From: Octopus sinensis
Lineage: Eukaryota
Assembly: GCF_006345805.1 (NCBI RefSeq)
Contig: NC_043002.1
Location: 68,324,001 to 68,388,000, forward strand
Length of the DNA: 64,000 bases
Direction: 5' to 3'
The notes below the pieces were generated by a model. The model did not search any database. It was not told where the DNA came from and saw only the letters and a list, made by a program, of their open reading frames with translations. A program made the position numbers and the translations under genes. Of the stretch, positions 63,008 through 64,000 are shown piece by piece; the stretch's first letter is position 1; every line of letters begins with the position of its first letter.

Positions 63008-63901
63008 TTATCTATAAATAGTAGAACAACAAGCTAATAAAATCATTAGAGGAGTTGCAATGTGCCCCTTGTGAAAACTGTGGTTCCTTGTTTGCTTACC
63101 TGATCTCCTTGAGATCAGGTAACAGAACCATCGTGACCTGACAAGCATCACAGTATTGAGAAGAAGATAACCAACCTTTCAACTTCCCAATACGAAATTG
63201 CCTGAGACCACCTCTGGTTCTATGATACAAAAACTTGGCATTTTAAAGTGGATCTTTTTTTAAATTTTAAATTAAAAACCTTGAATCAACATTTTATAAA
63301 AGTATCTTTTACTAAGTTAGGTACCAAACACCACAAAGGAAAAAGTGAGTTACTTTACTAAAACCCATCCAAAATATTGATTTCAAATTTTGGCACAAGG
63401 CCAGCAATTTCGGGGGAGGAGGTAATTGATTACATCATCTCCAGTACTCAACTGATACTTATTTTATTGACCCTGAAAGGATGAAAGTCAAAGTCGACCT
63501 GGGTGGAATTTGAACACAGAGCATGAAGACGGACGAAATGCCACTAAGCATTTCATCCAGCATGCTAATGATTCTGCCAGCTCACTGTCTTATCCATCCA
63601 AAATATTGGCTACTTTTGAAATTAATTGAAACACATAAGTAGTACATTACTATATTTCTTTAAAAATAGGACAAAAATGTTAATGACAGCAAAGGTTAAT
63701 TAATTTTTGATTGTTTTGGGTTTTTTTTTACATAAGGCTTTGTGGAGCTAATTTACCTGGTCATAATATTGTCATTTCAAGTGTAAGGAAAATTCTTATT
63801 TTAACAATTAAGTTCTATCACTAAAACAAAACAAGAAGATTGATTGCTGAGAACAGAAAAATGGTGGTGGTGAGAAGATCCAAAAATTAAAGCATTCTTA
63901 C

Positions 63902-64000
63902 CGAACACACATGGTATATTCTTCTGCTCGCAAACCTCTAGGAGGTGCTCGATACAACCAGTCACAGCTATCATCAGAGGTAATCCTTTTTTTATGTAGA
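63902..64000 (-). CDS. HELZ: HELZ exon (5'-truncated by window): LHKKRITSDDSCDWLYRAPPRGLRAEEYTMCV(R); first Cys of the CCCH finger
   Basis: Open frame ending CG|GTAAG (donor GT 63901-63900); splices in phase to the 57498 exon to complete the zinc finger. Confidence 0.85.

Larger units (their letters stand above)
29814..64000 (-). other. HELZ: HELZ gene span (helicase with zinc finger), 18 coding exons in window, 5' end outside window
   Basis: Exons join in frame through GT-AG introns to give a C-x8-C-x5-C-x3-H finger, SF1 motifs [23 protein letters not shown] and LNTAITRA, a PAM2 motif LNPLAPEFVP and a long Pro/Ser/Gln-rich tail. This is the HELZ architecture. Confidence 0.93.

Overview
AT-rich, repeat-dense eukaryotic DNA; the SINE families suggest an octopus or other coleoid cephalopod (inference from recalled families, not a database match). 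Two spliced genes lie on the minus strand. (1) HELZ, a CCCH zinc finger + Upf1-like SF1 helicase + PAM2 + long low-complexity tail protein: 18 coding exons (about 1,596 codons) were reconstructed by hand with GT-AG boundaries and consistent phases from the window end to the stop at 29814. A probable 3'UTR of about 2.3 kb follows; the 5' end lies beyond 64000. (2) The first three coding exons of a JMJD8-like signal-peptide protein (9385 to 893), continuing off the left edge. The rest is introns and an intergenic gap of about 18 kb packed with at least five SINE-like families, CR1/RTE/R4/HERO-type LINE fragments, mariner/Tc1 remnants, hAT- and piggyBac-type MITEs, a non-autonomous Helitron, a solo LTR and microsatellites. 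Most notable: two long back-to-back hairpins just after the PAM2 exon of HELZ (candidate dsRNA/ADAR substrates, probably Penelope-derived), a loopless 204-bp palindrome, degenerate hammerhead-like motifs, a LINE-SINE shared 3' tail, a mariner built from two 5' ends, and a possibly conserved C-terminal HELZ motif. No clearly new biological system is demonstrated. Most short ORFs in the track are repeat or microsatellite artefacts.
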